DNA of 63,669 bases, filler included, from Octopus bimaculoides (GCF_001194135.2; 3 parts of 2 records of this genome joined end to end with filler, not necessarily neighbours in it); one strand, 5' to 3'; shown: positions 49,075-62,830, counted from the first letter of the whole stretch. Notes: generated by a model not told the origin, from the sequence alone. Made by a program: numbers and translations.

Positions 49075-49767
49075 TTGACCCCAAAGGCAATGACTAGTGA
49101 CCGAGACCTTTGGAAATATGCTGTGATTGAGAAGATCCAGCAAGCCAAGTGAGACCATAACCCGTGGCCTATGCCAAGAGTGTAACCAGCCCACTTATGC
49201 ATACCTTTCTTTCATTGGACATTAAACTCTGCTTGCAAAGACCTGTTGAGGCAAGTGAAATCAAAATCAAATTCGATGACAGCACCGCATGACTGGCATC
49301 CGTGTAGTGGAGAGCTAAGAGCACCATCCAAGCATGATTGTTGCCAGAGTAGCTGACTGGCTCCTGTGCCGGTGGCATGTAAAAAGCACCATTCGAGCGT
49401 GATCGTTACCAGCGTCACCTTACTGGCACCTGTACCAGTGGCATGTGAAAAAAATATTCGAGCGAGGTTGTTGCCAATGCCACTGAACTGGCTCCTGTGC
49501 AGGTGGCATGTAAAAAACACCATTTGAGCGTGGCCATTGCCAGTACCGCCTGACTGGTACTGTGCCGATGGCACGTAAAAGCACCCACTACACTCTCAGA
49601 GTGGTTGGCGTTAGGTAGAGCATCCAGCTGTAGAAACTCTGCCAAATCAGATTGGAGCCTGGTGCAGCCATCTGGTTTGCCAGTCCTCAGTCAGATTATC
49701 CAACCCATGCCAGCATGGAAAGCGGACGTTAAACGATGAAGAAGAAGAAGAAGAAGAAGAAGAAGAA
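49075..49767 (+). mobile_element. 5'-truncated RTE-clade LINE: ORF2 terminus, repeat-bearing 3'UTR and (GAA)n tail (family E)
   Basis: 49087-49152 translates as AMTSDRDLWKYAVIEKIQQAK*, an RTE DRxxWR-type terminus. Units start at 49278, 49343, 49408, 49473 and 49539. The end reads CCATGCCAGCATGGAAAGCGGACGTTAAACGAT(GAA)n. Confidence 0.85.
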
Positions 49768-50399
49768 ACAAAAATTCTCATTGAATTGTAGCTATATGAT
49801 GTTCAGGACTTGGCAACAGTTGCAACAACTTCCAGTGCAGGACTGTAAGATAATTTCAAATAAACAATGATGGGCTTTGAAAGATTCCACAAATTGTTGT
49901 TGCTCTTAAAGTTATTGAAAGGTTGAGATTTCTTTCTTTTAAAGAATGTTTTCCTTTTGGAGTTGTGTGTGTGTGTTTCAACCCAACATTTGATGTGTTT
50001 TGAGAACCATTATTCCGATAAAGAATTATTTCACATTCTCTCGACAGTGAATAAAGTTTTTATGATGACATCAACAAATATCATCACCATGATCAACGTC
50101 TGTCTTCCATGCTGGCATGGGTTAGACAGTTTAACAATAGCTGGCAAGCCAGAGGACTGTTTCGAGCTCTATTGTCTGTTTTGGCATGGTTTCTATGGCT
50201 GGATGCCCTTCCTAACACCAACGATTTTACAGTTTACTGGGTTCTTTTTCATGATGCCAGCACTTGCTTGAAATATTCCTGTTATTTTAGCTGCCCTCTC
50301 TAGCTTGACTTTTCCATAACATTGTATGTTTTTTTTGTTTTTTTTATATCTAAGTAGTAATTATAACTAGATAATGGCCTGATCATCATATTTATATGC

Positions 50400-50468
<69 letters not shown>

Positions 50469-50827
50469 GTGTGTATATATACAAATGTTTGTGTGTATAT
50501 TTATATACCTATACATATGTAAATCTGTGTGTATATGTGTGCAAGTATATATATATATATATATATATGCATATAGTATATGTTACAGTTCATGAGGTAG
50601 TGAAATGAAAATAATTTTTAATTAATTGAAATAATTATAGCCCTGATGATGTAAAAAGTAATTAGCATTAATGGAAATTTACTCTCATAGGAGTGCAAGG
50701 AGAGAACTCCCAAAATTTCAATCAGCCAAATAATAACATTAATTGAGATACACAGGGGCATGTGGGTTTGAATCAATGGTAACCATGATGATGTCTCCAA
50801 ACATGTGTAAATTTTATTGGTTCTCCT

Positions 50828-50971
50828 CAGTGAGACATAGGTGACTCATCATCATCATTCGATGTCCCTTTTCCATGCTTGCATGAGCTGGAGAGAATTT
50901 GTTGAAGCAGATTTTCTACAACTATCACGTGAAGTTCAAGGCAAGGAGATAGTAACCCCCCCCACACACAT

Positions 50972-51019
<48 letters not shown>

Positions 51020-51210
51020 AAACAAGCCTGTCATATATATTCATATTTATATGATGGGCTTCTTTCAGTTTATCAAATTCACTCAGAAGGCTTTGGTTGA
51101 CCTAGGACTATAGTAGAAAACATTTTCCCAAGGTGTGCTGTGTAGTGGGACTGAACCTGTGACCATGTGGTTTGGATGCACACTTCTTACCATACAACCA
51201 TGACTGTACC
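50828..51210 (-). mobile_element. Family-A head with F tail, internally deleted, containing a microsatellite hinge
   Basis: catcatcatc...tttccatgcttgcatg, then (TA/TG)n, then ggcttctttcagttt...cccaaggtg...gggactgaacc...cttcttaccatac. Confidence 0.78.
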
Positions 51211-51949
51211 TTATGGTTGCCAGAATATTAGAATAATGACAAATGCCCAATCAGTGAATGCCTTTTACTCTAAAAGCTATTTCTGTTACTCATTCTGTGA
51301 GCTTGGTAGCTACTGAGTGCAGTTTGCAGTGATAAGGAAATCTAATAAGATGGATATATATATATATATATATTGGAAGTTGTCATCTTAGCTGCCATAA
51401 ATCAGCCTCCTCCTTTGTATTTTCCATATATGTGAAGTTTTAGCTGGCTAAAATTTCCAGAGTTTTAACCCTTGTCTCTTGTGAAAATTAATTTTCATTA
51501 ACACTAATGACATTTTTTTTTCTCACTAGAGCTGTAATTTCAATTAAAAATTTATATTTGGCTTACCACTTCAGATATGGGGACTTTCACTAGTTATATA
51601 TTATGCTCTATGGTAGATGATATTTTCGTAGTTGTTGGTAGGGATGAAAGCATTTTGTTAGAACACACCTTTCTTTCTTCTTTTTTAAAGATACTAACCT
51701 CATAATGCTTTCATTTTAGTATACTATTTAATCTTGTGTAAGCAGTATCCAATGGACAGACTGTGAAAGGATAAACTTTTAACTTAGTAATACCATGTTA
51801 TTTTTAATTGTTTTTGTTATTTCGAATTGTCTTCAGCTAATAATTACAATTGCAACATAGATTTAACATGAGCAACATTTGAAATGTATCCTGTGCAGGA
51901 TGCAATTTTGGTGGAAAGGTTGCTTTTGATTTTATGGTTCATCATTGTT

Positions 51950-52180
51950 CTTGTCGTTGTTGTTTTAACTTCCATTTCTTCATGCTTGCTTAGGTTGGGC
52001 AGAATCTATTGAGGCAAATTTTTTTCTATGGCTGGATGCCCTTTTTGCCCCCAACCCTTACCCTATTTGCTAGTAAGGTAATATTTCTCCTTGGCTAGAC
52101 ATTGTTTTCTTTTCACAGAATATAGGAAATGAATGATATTCATTTGCAACAATCATGCAATTTGAAGAGGAGACACAAAC

Positions 52181-52190
<10 letters not shown>
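51950..52190 (-). mobile_element. F-type (RTE-tail) SINE 3' part
   Basis: ttcatgcttgc...ctatggctggatgccc...aaggtaatatttctcc...ggaaatgaatgat. Confidence 0.72.
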
Positions 52191-52246
<56 letters not shown>

Positions 52247-52964
52247 TTACAGTGTTTACATAATTTCATCTGATAAGCAGAACTGTTGGTCTATTATTAA
52301 AATGCAGTTATTTTCATCATCTATACAGAAGCACAAAAGTAAGTTTTCAAGAAACATCTTCAATTTTATTGCTGAGCATAATATGCCAAGCATTCTCAAT
52401 TGCTGACTCATCATTTTGCAGTTCTCTTCTTCATCTCCCCAAGTATTCATTAAGAGATATTGTTGAAACTCCATGTGTTTTTCTGCATGTTAAAGGAACC
52501 AAATTAGCCAAACTCCATAACAGCTTACCAATAGATCATAACTGAAATTCTGTAGAGGGTATCATTCTTAATCATTTGAATAAGCAGAGCTACTATGAAC
52601 TACGTAGCATAGTTGCAACTGCAGCATCATAAATACTGTGCCATGTGTTGACATGCATGTGGCATATACGCATGCACATTCCTAACATACAGTATACACC
52701 CACACAGCATATTTGCATGTATATACCATACAAGCATGTACATAATGTACACATACTCACACACCACACTTGTGATTGTATACCATATGAATCTGTGACA
52801 TGGGTGCTCATTCATTATACTTAACATCAGCATATGCACACTCTACAACCAATCGTTCTGCTTCCACATAGCATATATTTAGATTTACACTTCACTTGGA
52901 AAAAAATACTTATAGACACAAGTTGTGGTAGAATGTCTGATAAGCATTTGATAGCTAGATTGAG

Positions 52965-53001
<37 letters not shown>

Positions 53002-53084
53002 TAACTGGCATGCATGAAGCTCTCTATCCTTGTGCCACTTTTGTAGCCTTTTAGTCATACGTGTATGCATGCACACGTGTGTGT

Positions 53085-53158
53085 GTGTGTGTTCTACAGC
53101 CTTGAGCCAAACAAAGCCTTGTGAATGGATTTGGTAGGCAGAAACTGAAAGAAGCCTG

Positions 53159-53198
<40 letters not shown>

Positions 53199-53998
53199 NN
53201 NNNNNNNNNNNNNNNNNNNNNNNNNNNNNNNNNNNNNNNNNNNNNNNNNNNNNNNNNNNNNNNNNNNNNNNNNNNNNNNNNNNNNNNNNNNNNNNNNNNN
53301 NNNNNNNNNNNNNNNNNNNNNNNNNNNNNNNNNNNNNNNNNNNNNNNNNNNNNNNNNNNNNNNNNNNNNNNNNNNNNNNNNNNNNNNNNNNNNNNNNNNN
53401 NNNNNNNNNNNNNNNNNNNNNNNNNNNNNNNNNNNNNNNNNNNNNNNNNNNNNNNNNNNNNNNNNNNNNNNNNNNNNNNNNNNNNNNNNNNNNNNNNNNN
53501 NNNNNNNNNNNNNNNNNNNNNNNNNNNNNNNNNNNNNNNNNNNNNNNNNNNNNNNNNNNNNNNNNNNNNNNNNNNNNNNNNNNNNNNNNNNNNNNNNNNN
53601 NNNNNNNNNNNNNNNNNNNNNNNNNNNNNNNNNNNNNNNNNNNNNNNNNNNNNNNNNNNNNNNNNNNNNNNNNNNNNNNNNNNNNNNNNNNNNNNNNNNN
53701 NNNNNNNNNNNNNNNNNNNNNNNNNNNNNNNNNNTATATATATATATATATGAATCTATCTATGTATTTTTGTGTACTCTTGTATTGATGTCTTGATATT
53801 ACATGATTTTGAGCATGTTGCTCATTTCTGCATTTCCACTCTTCTGTGTAAAATATGCCTGGTGATGGGAAAAATATTACCTTTCTTGGAAGCCAGGTGA
53901 AGGTTGATGACAACAAGAGCATTTGGTTGTAGAAAATCTCTCAACAAATTCCATGTAACCCATACAGGCATGGTAAAGTAGACACTAAAATGATGATA
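53085..53998 (+). mobile_element. Family-A/F SINE whose microsatellite hinge contains the assembly gap
   Basis: A-type caaagccttgtgaatggatttggtaggcagaaactgaaagaagcc precedes (GT)n and the gap. The F tail follows (TA)n after the gap. Confidence 0.7.
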
Positions 53999-54105
53999 AT
54001 GTGTGTGTGTGTGTGTGTTTTGAGGTTTTTTTTCAGTGAACATAAGCCAGTGATTAAAATTAAGAATGGTTTCTTACTTGAAGAATTTCCTGTCAGTTTA
54101 TATTA

Positions 54106-54145
<40 letters not shown>

Positions 54146-54777
54146 AGGGAGGGAGAGAGAGAGAGAGAGTATGTCTCCACATATGCACTAGTTTGCCTGT
54201 ATGCAATTGGTGTACTGTTTCTCTCTAGTAACTCAATATGAAAACGCTTGCATGTGAACAGACCCCTTTTTTTCTTTTACCAAAGTAAAAAGCTGTGTAG
54301 GATCTGAGTTCGGTTTTGTGATACCAATTAAATTCAATTCAAGAAGCTCTCTGTTTCAAGAACTCATTCAGCATGATATATTCTTATAGCGATGCACAGT
54401 CGTCGTTGTTATCATCATCATCATCATCATTGTCATCTGCTGCTGCTATTACTACTACTACTACTACTACTACTACAGATCCTTTTGTACACTACTTTTT
54501 TTTTTTTTTTGTTCTCATTTTCTTTATTGGACATCCACAATCTTAGTATGAAATGAATCAAATGCCTATGCAACTTCAAATACTGTCATGTGATCCAAGG
54601 GTCTGATAATCTGATCTCTAATACTTTCTTTGTTGAATTTTATTAGTACAGCATTAAAAGCAAATGTTTTTCTTTCACTGTATATTATCATTGGTTCTGT
54701 TTTTTTTGTTTTATTTTTTTTTTGTTTCCTCCTTTTTACTTCAATTTTTATCTATTCAATGTAACATTTGGTTTACT

Positions 54778-54814
<37 letters not shown>

Positions 54815-55429
54815 GGTTTCCTACACAAAGTTAAACACCTAAGAAAGAAGGACTTTCTCTCTTGTAGATTCACTGCAAACACTAAATGGTTTAGCTATTG
54901 ATTCCATTCTAAAACACTTTGAATTTCTTGATCTACTGTAAAATGCATTTCACAGAGAAAGGTCTTGTGATCTTCTTTTATGTTCGATAGAAATGATCTT
55001 TTGCTCGAGAACATTTGGCTAAAGCAAGTCTGTAGCTGTCATTGAGTGAGATCTTTCACTTGCTAGTTATTGCTATTTATTTTCTCTACCATACCGAGAA
55101 CAAAAAATAGAAATCATTTATCCCCACTGAAATTTGAACTACAATCCACCGTATTGTTCATCATCTATCAAATATATTCTAACCACCCCTTCTTTATATT
55201 AAAAAAAAGAAGAAATTTCTATTGTATTTGGTTACAGGGTTCCAATGGGATTATCATTGCTTCACTGCATTTCTGACTGCAACAGTAACAAGGAATTGTT
55301 TGTGCTACTCGAGCTGAACAAATATTACACAGGTTATTTTTATTTGAAAGTATTGGTACTGTTTTCTCCCTAATGCGAACGTCTTTTGCAATTTATATTG
55401 CTGTAAGATAGACCCATACATATTATAGA

Positions 55430-55592
55430 TATACGTACATAGGCTGTATGGTAAGAAGCTTGCTTTCCAACCACATGGTTCTGGGTTCAGTCCCACCACG
55501 TGGCACCTTAGGCAAGTGTCTTCTACTATAACCTTAGGTCGACCAAAGCCTTGTGAGTGGATTTGGTAGATGGAAACTGAAGGGAGCCCCTC

Positions 55593-55626
<34 letters not shown>
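55430..55626 (+). mobile_element. Family-A SINE head ending in (TA)n at a gap
   Basis: tggtaagaagcttgc...gggttcagtccc...gtggcaccttaggcaagtgtcttc...ggaaactgaagggagccc. Confidence 0.88.
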
Positions 55627-56592
55627 NNNNNNNNNNNNNNNNNNNNNNNNNNNNNNNNNNNNNNNNNNNNNNNNNNNNNNNNNNNNNNNNNNNNNNNNNN
55701 NNNNNNNNNNNNNNNNNNNNNNNNNNNNNNNNNNNNNNNNNNNNNNNNNNNNNNNNNNNNNNNNNNNNNNNNNNNNNNNNNNNNNNNNNNNNNNNNNNNN
55801 NNNNNNNNNNNNNNNNNNNNNNNNNNNNNNNNNNNNNNNNNNNNNNNNNNNNNNNNNNNNNNNNNNNNNNNNNNNNNNNNNNNNNNNNNNNNNNNNNNNN
55901 NNNNNNNNNNNNNNNNNNNNNNNNNNNNNNNNNNNNNNNNNNNNNNNNNNNNNNNNNNNNNNNNNNNNNNNNNNNNNNNNNNNNNNNNNNNNNNNNNNNN
56001 NNNNNNNNNNNNNNNNNNNNNNNNNNNNNNNNNNNNNNNNNNNNNNNNNNNNNNNNNNNNNNNNNNNNNNNNNNNNNNNNNNNNNNNNNNNNNNNNNNNN
56101 NNNNNNNNNNNNNNNNNNNNNNNNNNNNNNNNNNNNNNNNNNNNNNNNNNNNNNNNNNNNNNNNNNNNNNNNNNNNNNNNNNNNNNNNNNNNNNNNNNNN
56201 NNNNNNNNNNNNNNNNNNNNNNNNNNNNNNNNNNNNNNNNNNNNNNNNNNNNNNNNNNNNNNNNNNNNNNNNNNNNNNNNNNNNNNNNNNNNNNNNNNNN
56301 NNNNNNNNNNNNNNNNNNNNNNNNNNNNNNNNNNNNNNNNNNNNNNNNNNNNNNNNNNNNNNNNNNNNNNNNNNNNNNNNNNNNNNNNNNNNNNNNNNNN
56401 NNNNNNNNNNNNNNNNNNNNNNNNNNNNNNNNNNNNNNNNNNNNNNNNNNNNNNNNNNNNNNNNNNNNNNNNNNNNNNNNNNNNNNNNNNNNNNNNNNNN
56501 NNNNNNNNNNNNNNNNNNNNNNNNNNNNNNNNNNNNNNNNNNNNNNNNNNNNNNNNNNNNNNNNNNNNNNNNNNNNNNNNNNNNNNNNNNNN

Positions 56593-56925
56593 TTCGATTC
56601 CGAGACCGGGCGTTGTGAGTGTTTATTGAGCGAAAACGCCTAAAAGCTCCACAAGGCTCCGGCAGGGGATGGTGGCGAACCCTGCTGTACTCTTTCACCT
56701 CAACTTTCTCTCACTCTTACTTCCTGTTTCTGTTGTACCTGTAATTCAAAGGGTCAGCCTTGTCACACTGTGTCACGCTGAATATCCTCGAGAATTATGT
56801 TAAGGGTACATGTGTCTGTGGAGTGCTCAGCCACTTGCACGTTAATTTCCTGAGCAGGCTGTTCCGTTGATCGGATCAACTGGAACCCTCGACGTTGTAA
56901 GCGATGGAGTGCTAACAACAACAAC
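56593..56925 (+). mobile_element. Family-C SINE: C-type 5' module joined to the family-B body, with an (ACA)n tail
   Basis: ttcgattccgagaccgggcg...aagctccacaaggctccggcagggg, followed from 56732 by gttgtacctgtaattcaaaggg..., the B body. Confidence 0.85.
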
Positions 56926-57519
56926 TCAACCTGAGTCTGTGGTGAAAAAAAAAACTTGCTCAAGGTGCAGTGCAGTAGCATTACACTTGGAACTATTTTA
57001 ACTGAGAAGTGAACTTCTTAGCTACACTGTGTCAATTCACTGAAATCATTTCCCTTTCTTTTTGGTTTTTGTTTTCTTCAATTTTTTAAAAATTATTTTT
57101 TTAATGACAGTGTTTTTACTCCTGCTACAGTAATGTATTGCATGTGTAAGTTGTTGTTAATTTTCTCTGCTGTAGCCTTATATCTGTTCACATCTCAATA
57201 AACACTGTATATTGATACCTGATCAATCATTTTCAAAGGACTATTTTGATTCTCATCTACTTGTGTTATTATTTCTTTATGAAGAGTTATAATAATGAAT
57301 TATTTGTATTGTGTCGTAGTCTTAATGATGTTGTCTCTTCTTGAAAATACATCATTTTTAAGGTTATCACGATAGCAATCTGATCATAGAAATATATAAA
57401 ATAAAACACAGTAAACAGCGAGAGAGAAATGTCAGTTTGTATTGAGCTTTTTTTCTTTTTCTTTGTTACTTATGTTGAAATTCTCATGCTAGTCAAATAA
57501 ATTTTAGAATTGGGAAAAC

Positions 57520-57835
57520 CTGATTTGTGAATAGATTGGCAGAGAGAAACTGAAAGAAGCTCATTACTGTGTGTGTGATTTGTGTGTTTTGGTCTCCTTG
57601 CCTTATCATAACGTGATAGTTATGTCACCATCATGGAAGTGATGTCTTTCATTTCCAATCTCCTGTGAAAACATGTCTGGTCATTGGGGAATGTTACCTT
57701 ATTAGGAAATAGGCTAGGGTTGGTGATAGGAAGAGCATCCAACTGTCAAAACATCTTCCACAACAAATTCCATCTGATCCATGCAAGCATGGAAAAGTGA
57801 ATGTTAAAGCGGTAATAATTATGACAACGATGATG
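57520..57835 (+). mobile_element. Family-A 3' head segment, (TG)n hinge and F tail
   Basis: gaaactgaaagaagctc..gtgtgtg...aacatgtctgg...ggaagagcatcc...ccatgcaagcatggaaaagtg. Confidence 0.8.
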
Positions 57836-58927
57836 AATGTAGTGTTTTGTAGCCAAATTTAATAGAACTGAAACTTTTTACACAAACAAGCCATGGCAGA
57901 TTTACAAAAGAGGGTTCATATCCTAAATTTTATAAAAAGAGTTTATAGCCTATATATTTGGGTACAGTTGGTTTGAATTAACATGTCATTTCATTTCCTT
58001 AAGAGAATTGTGATTCATTATAAATAATGAATAAGGAAACAGAATGGTGTCATGATTGTTACATAGTTTTTTTTTTCTTTTTCCAAATGATTTTTAAACA
58101 TTGATAAGGGTTTGTATAATGTATTTCCTTTATATCCAATCTATCTCTCTCTCTCCCTCCATCAGTCCCTCACATAATCATTCTTATATAGATAACACAC
58201 TCAAAGACCAGTTCTCTGTTTAGTTATGGGTTACAATCAGCTTACAATATAGACAAAGCTGGTGTTTGTTTAAGATATCTATTGTAGAAACCATTATCTG
58301 CATATCAGCTTAGTATGGTGATGGCTAAAACCTAACACCAACCACTGGATTCTGTAGCATATCAGCTAATATGTAAGAATACTGCACACAGTAACACCTC
58401 CTATTATACACCTATTCGCTTCCTATTAAATATACATACATATGCACACAACATTTGCATGATATTTACACATTGATGCACTACTACCATTAACCGAATT
58501 GATACATTGCTGTAAGCTTTTTTTAGGGTTAATTACTAACTGGTTTGTAAAACCTGGTGTGTGTGTGTGGCCCACACCCCTACTGCCACCACCAATTTTT
58601 GACATGTAGCACCTTAAAATGAAAAGAAGCAAAAAACCGTAAAATTTCCTTGAAATCAAATTACTGTCTTTTTTCTTTTCCTTTTCTCTCCCTGCCCCCC
58701 CCATCCCCTGCCTCCCACCAGCGCATAAATTATGTGGTTTGTAGTTGTTGGTGTATTATTAAACTTTCTTGAACTGTATGCGTCACAGCTGCTCAGAAAA
58801 GAATGTTTACACTATTTTATAAACTTGTTGACATTTCTTTTTGTTAATTATGTTTAGTCTTTAGATATTTCAGTTTCCAATTGTTCAATAATGAATTCCA
58901 AAAACTATTGTTCAGTTGTTATTATTA

Positions 58928-58998
<71 letters not shown>

Positions 58999-59379
58999 TT
59001 CTTTTTTTTGTTCTTTATTTTCCACATCCTTTTATTCAGCCAAATATTGCTCACTTCCTTATACATTCCATTATCTTTTCCATATTTTATTTATTATTTT
59101 TCTGTTTGTTTCGTATCCTTTCTTCTTTTCTACTTTGTTTTGTTTTAGAATTATTATTATTATTATCAACATCATTATTTTTTTTTTCTTTTGCCATCTC
59201 TCTCTTTCTCCCTCTCTTCTATTTACAAATTCTAGCCTTCAGCCACAAATAAATTTTTAACTGTTTAGAAAGCATTTCTCTCTTTTAAGTTGGCTCACAT
59301 AAACATACACGTACACATTCTTTTTCTCTCATATCCTTCCTTTCTATCCCTCTCATACTCTTTCTCTCTCTTTATATTT

Positions 59380-59700
<321 letters not shown>

Positions 59701-61149
59701 ACATTCTTTCTCTATTTTCTTTTTCTCTGTCTCTTCTTTCTTTCATTCACACTTTTACTGACTGACTCCATTTTGTCTTGATTTTCATTTTCTCTTGCTC
59801 TCATACTCTCACTCTCTCTCTCTTTCTTTCTCTCTCTCTCTCTCTCTCTCACACTTATCTCTTTTCTGTTGTCCCTATCTCTCTTGCTCTGCTTACCTAT
59901 TTTCCTTTCCCTCCCCCTCCCCCTCATTTTACTGCTGTCAGATTTACATTTTGAGGAAATAAAGATATTCGAAAATGATTTGGTAATCATGGAATTTCCT
60001 TAGCATCAAACATAGCAGGAGTTTGTTTTAGAAGATATTTCAGCATCATTGGAAGCTGAAGATTTTCAGAAGTGAAGAGAAAAACTAAAAACAAAATCAT
60101 CATTCTTCATTCGCATTTTACTGTTTTATTCCACTCTACTTCTCTTTCAAGAATTCTTACCATTTTCTGTACCTTTGCTAAGATACATTCATTTCTACAA
60201 AGCGAACATGAACCAGACACATTTAGAATTTTCATTTTGGACAATGGACATCTATCTCTTTGTTAGGTCTTGTCCAATTTGACACAAGATCAGGGTTATA
60301 ATCCTAAAATATGTCCTGTTACTTTTAGTTTTCTCTTTTCTCTACTATTTATCATGACCTTTTTGTCATGTTCCGTCTCACACCATCCATCTCTTTCCTT
60401 CTGTTTCCCCAATCTGTTATACCTATTTTTTTTTTGGTTATTTTCCCCCCCCACCTCATTCTTTCCCCAAACTTCTTCCTAAATTATCATCTCTTTGTAG
60501 TATCTTTCTTTCTAACTGCAACATATATCATCAACTTATCTTTTTTTTTCTTGAGTTTAGTATGAAAATGTTGCTTGGTTGGTTGTCACAAAAGCAACTT
60601 ATTTAGAAACCTGAGTGCTGAACAACTAAATTGATATACTACTTGTGTATGAGCCAATAAGGCAGTCCTCTAGGTGGTAATTTGACCTACTGGAAATAGC
60701 AACCAAATCTTTCTCAATTCACATTCTACCATTTAAAAACAAAATGGAAAGATGCATTGGATGATGTAGTCTTAGATACACTGGAATGGAAAATGAGACT
60801 GCAGTTCTCTATGTGGTAGTTTCATCTACTTGGAATAACAACCAAATGTCCCTCAAATCACATTCTACTGTTCAAAAACAGGTAGGAAACATTGGATAAT
60901 ATAGTCTTAGATGCACTATTGTTGAAAATAAGATGCTATGATTACAGTTGTGACACCAAGATGACATGATTGTGACTATAACACCTTTGGCTCAATCAGA
61001 TTTAGCCTGAGGCTAAATTGCAACAACAATCAATAGTGCTGTACAATAGATGAGTAGAGTGCTAGGAATAACATTGATGTAGCATAAATAAATATATTTC
61101 CTTACTTGTAGAAATCTATTATGTAGTAGTACACTTAATCCATTTTGGA

Positions 61150-61400
61150 TGGTAGACTTAACAGCTCATGTTGTTGGAAAGAGTACCTTTAGAATGGTCC
61201 TCACTGTTGAAGAAGTCATTAGGACCAGTTATCTATCTTCTGGTCTTCGCTTAACTCAATATCTTGGAGTGCTTTTTCTAGCTTCAGTTGTCTCTGTCAC
61301 AGCTTCTTCCTCTCTTTCCTTCCACCACTTTTGGATCCATGGAGAAAGAAAAGTAAGAGACCCTTTTCGGACTAACAAACCTGAGACTGCCCCTGGTCAT
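61150..61400 (-). mobile_element. Decayed RTE-like 3' fragment related to 2520-2640
   Basis: Minus strand reads VVEGKRGR. It shares actgaag...agatattga with the 2.5-kb fragment. Confidence 0.4.
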
Positions 61401-61473
61401 TTGATACAAACTTTGTCTTTTAGAGAGATCTAGATTGAAACCTTCCTTTCAGACTTCATGTTAGTTTATGTTC

Positions 61474-61694
61474 CAGCCTTTTAGTATTTAAACTGACCAT
61501 ATCTGGCTCGAATATTGTTCCCATTTTATGTTCAAGCTGGCCAGATCAGGCCTCTCACACATGCCCTACAATGTCATTCTAAAAATAATCACATTATTGA
61601 AATCTTGAATTTACGAAATAATGCATAATTAATTCTAAACAATGTGAATAAATAAGCATTACATTTGACAGACTAATCTGAATGCTAAAAAGGG
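61474..61694 (-). mobile_element. piggyBac-type MITE, third copy
   Basis: Matches 38504-38713 and ends GCTAAAAAGGG|TTAA. Confidence 0.8.
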
Positions 61695-62077
61695 TTAATA
61701 ACGACAAGTTATTAGGCTGCTATTTTATCAAATTCTTCATTATTTTCAAAATGAACTGTATCAAAGACAGTGTATTTTAACAGAAATATGGTAGTGAAAG
61801 GCATAAAAAAGATATTCATCCAACCCCCATCATTATAGAAAAGACAAGCACTTAACCAATGGTGATGTTGACGGCATACTCAAGCCAATTATATATATTT
61901 AGGGAATTTGAACCATTTTGTTCTGCTAGACAGAAGTCGTCTTCTACATTAGTCTACTTAAGTCGTGCACTCATTCTTGTTGTTGTTCTCTTGTTTATCG
62001 AAGGTAAAGGTGGAACTTATTACTTGAATTGATCTCCAATAGGACAGTCTCTAAAAATTTATTTCTACATCTCAGCA

Positions 62078-62119
<42 letters not shown>

Positions 62120-62790
62120 TTATTTGGCTTGCTTCTTATCCATTCTGTTAGAACTATGAAAATAAGGCAGCTGAATGCTTGGCAAATAAATCTGGGGAAA
62201 AATAAAAACCTGAAAAAAAAAAAAAAATACTTCTTTTTTTTTACAAAGATAAATCAGACTGTTAGAGATGTTCTTTGCTAATCCGTTTCTGGAATGTTGT
62301 GTGTGTGTGTGTGTGTGTGTGTGTTGTTTCCCCCCCTCCTTCTGCCTCACTCCCTCCACCCACTTTTCAAAACATTTTCTTTTTTCTTTCATTTTTACCT
62401 CATGTGTATTGATATTAGTAAATTTACTTTCGTTATTTTCTTATCTTTAATCTTGAAAACCTTTTCCATACTTCGACTTTTCCTCTTTCGTTTCCCTAAG
62501 CATACATCAACCTCTCTGGATCACTGTATGACTGTGTTATTGGATATATGTATGCATGTATGTTTGTATGTATGTATGTATGTATGTATGTATGTATGTA
62601 TGTATGTACGTGTGTGTGTGTGTGTGCATGTGTGTGCATGTGTGTATATATATATATATATTCTGGATTGAAATGACATTTAAGGACAGTTATGTGGGAA
62701 TGCACCGACTGACAAGTACTGCATTATTTCAGCTTTACTTTCCTGAAAGGAATAAATTATTAATGACTAGGATGATGATGATAGTGATGG

Positions 62791-62830
<40 letters not shown>

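Noticed and set aside
49278-49590. CRISPR-like interpretation of the 65-nt periodic units
   Set aside because: The units are related along their whole length, sit in a LINE 3'UTR of an animal genome, and no cas genes are present.
54868-54941. Possible terminal exon DSLQTLNGLAIDSILKHFEFLDLL* after a good acceptor
   Set aside because: It is too short to distinguish from chance and has no partner exon or recognisable family.
59942-59982. Possible 41-bp exon (DLHFEEIKIFENDL) with AG and GTAAT borders
   Set aside because: It is plausible but unsupported. Such sites occur often by chance next to pyrimidine-rich repeats.
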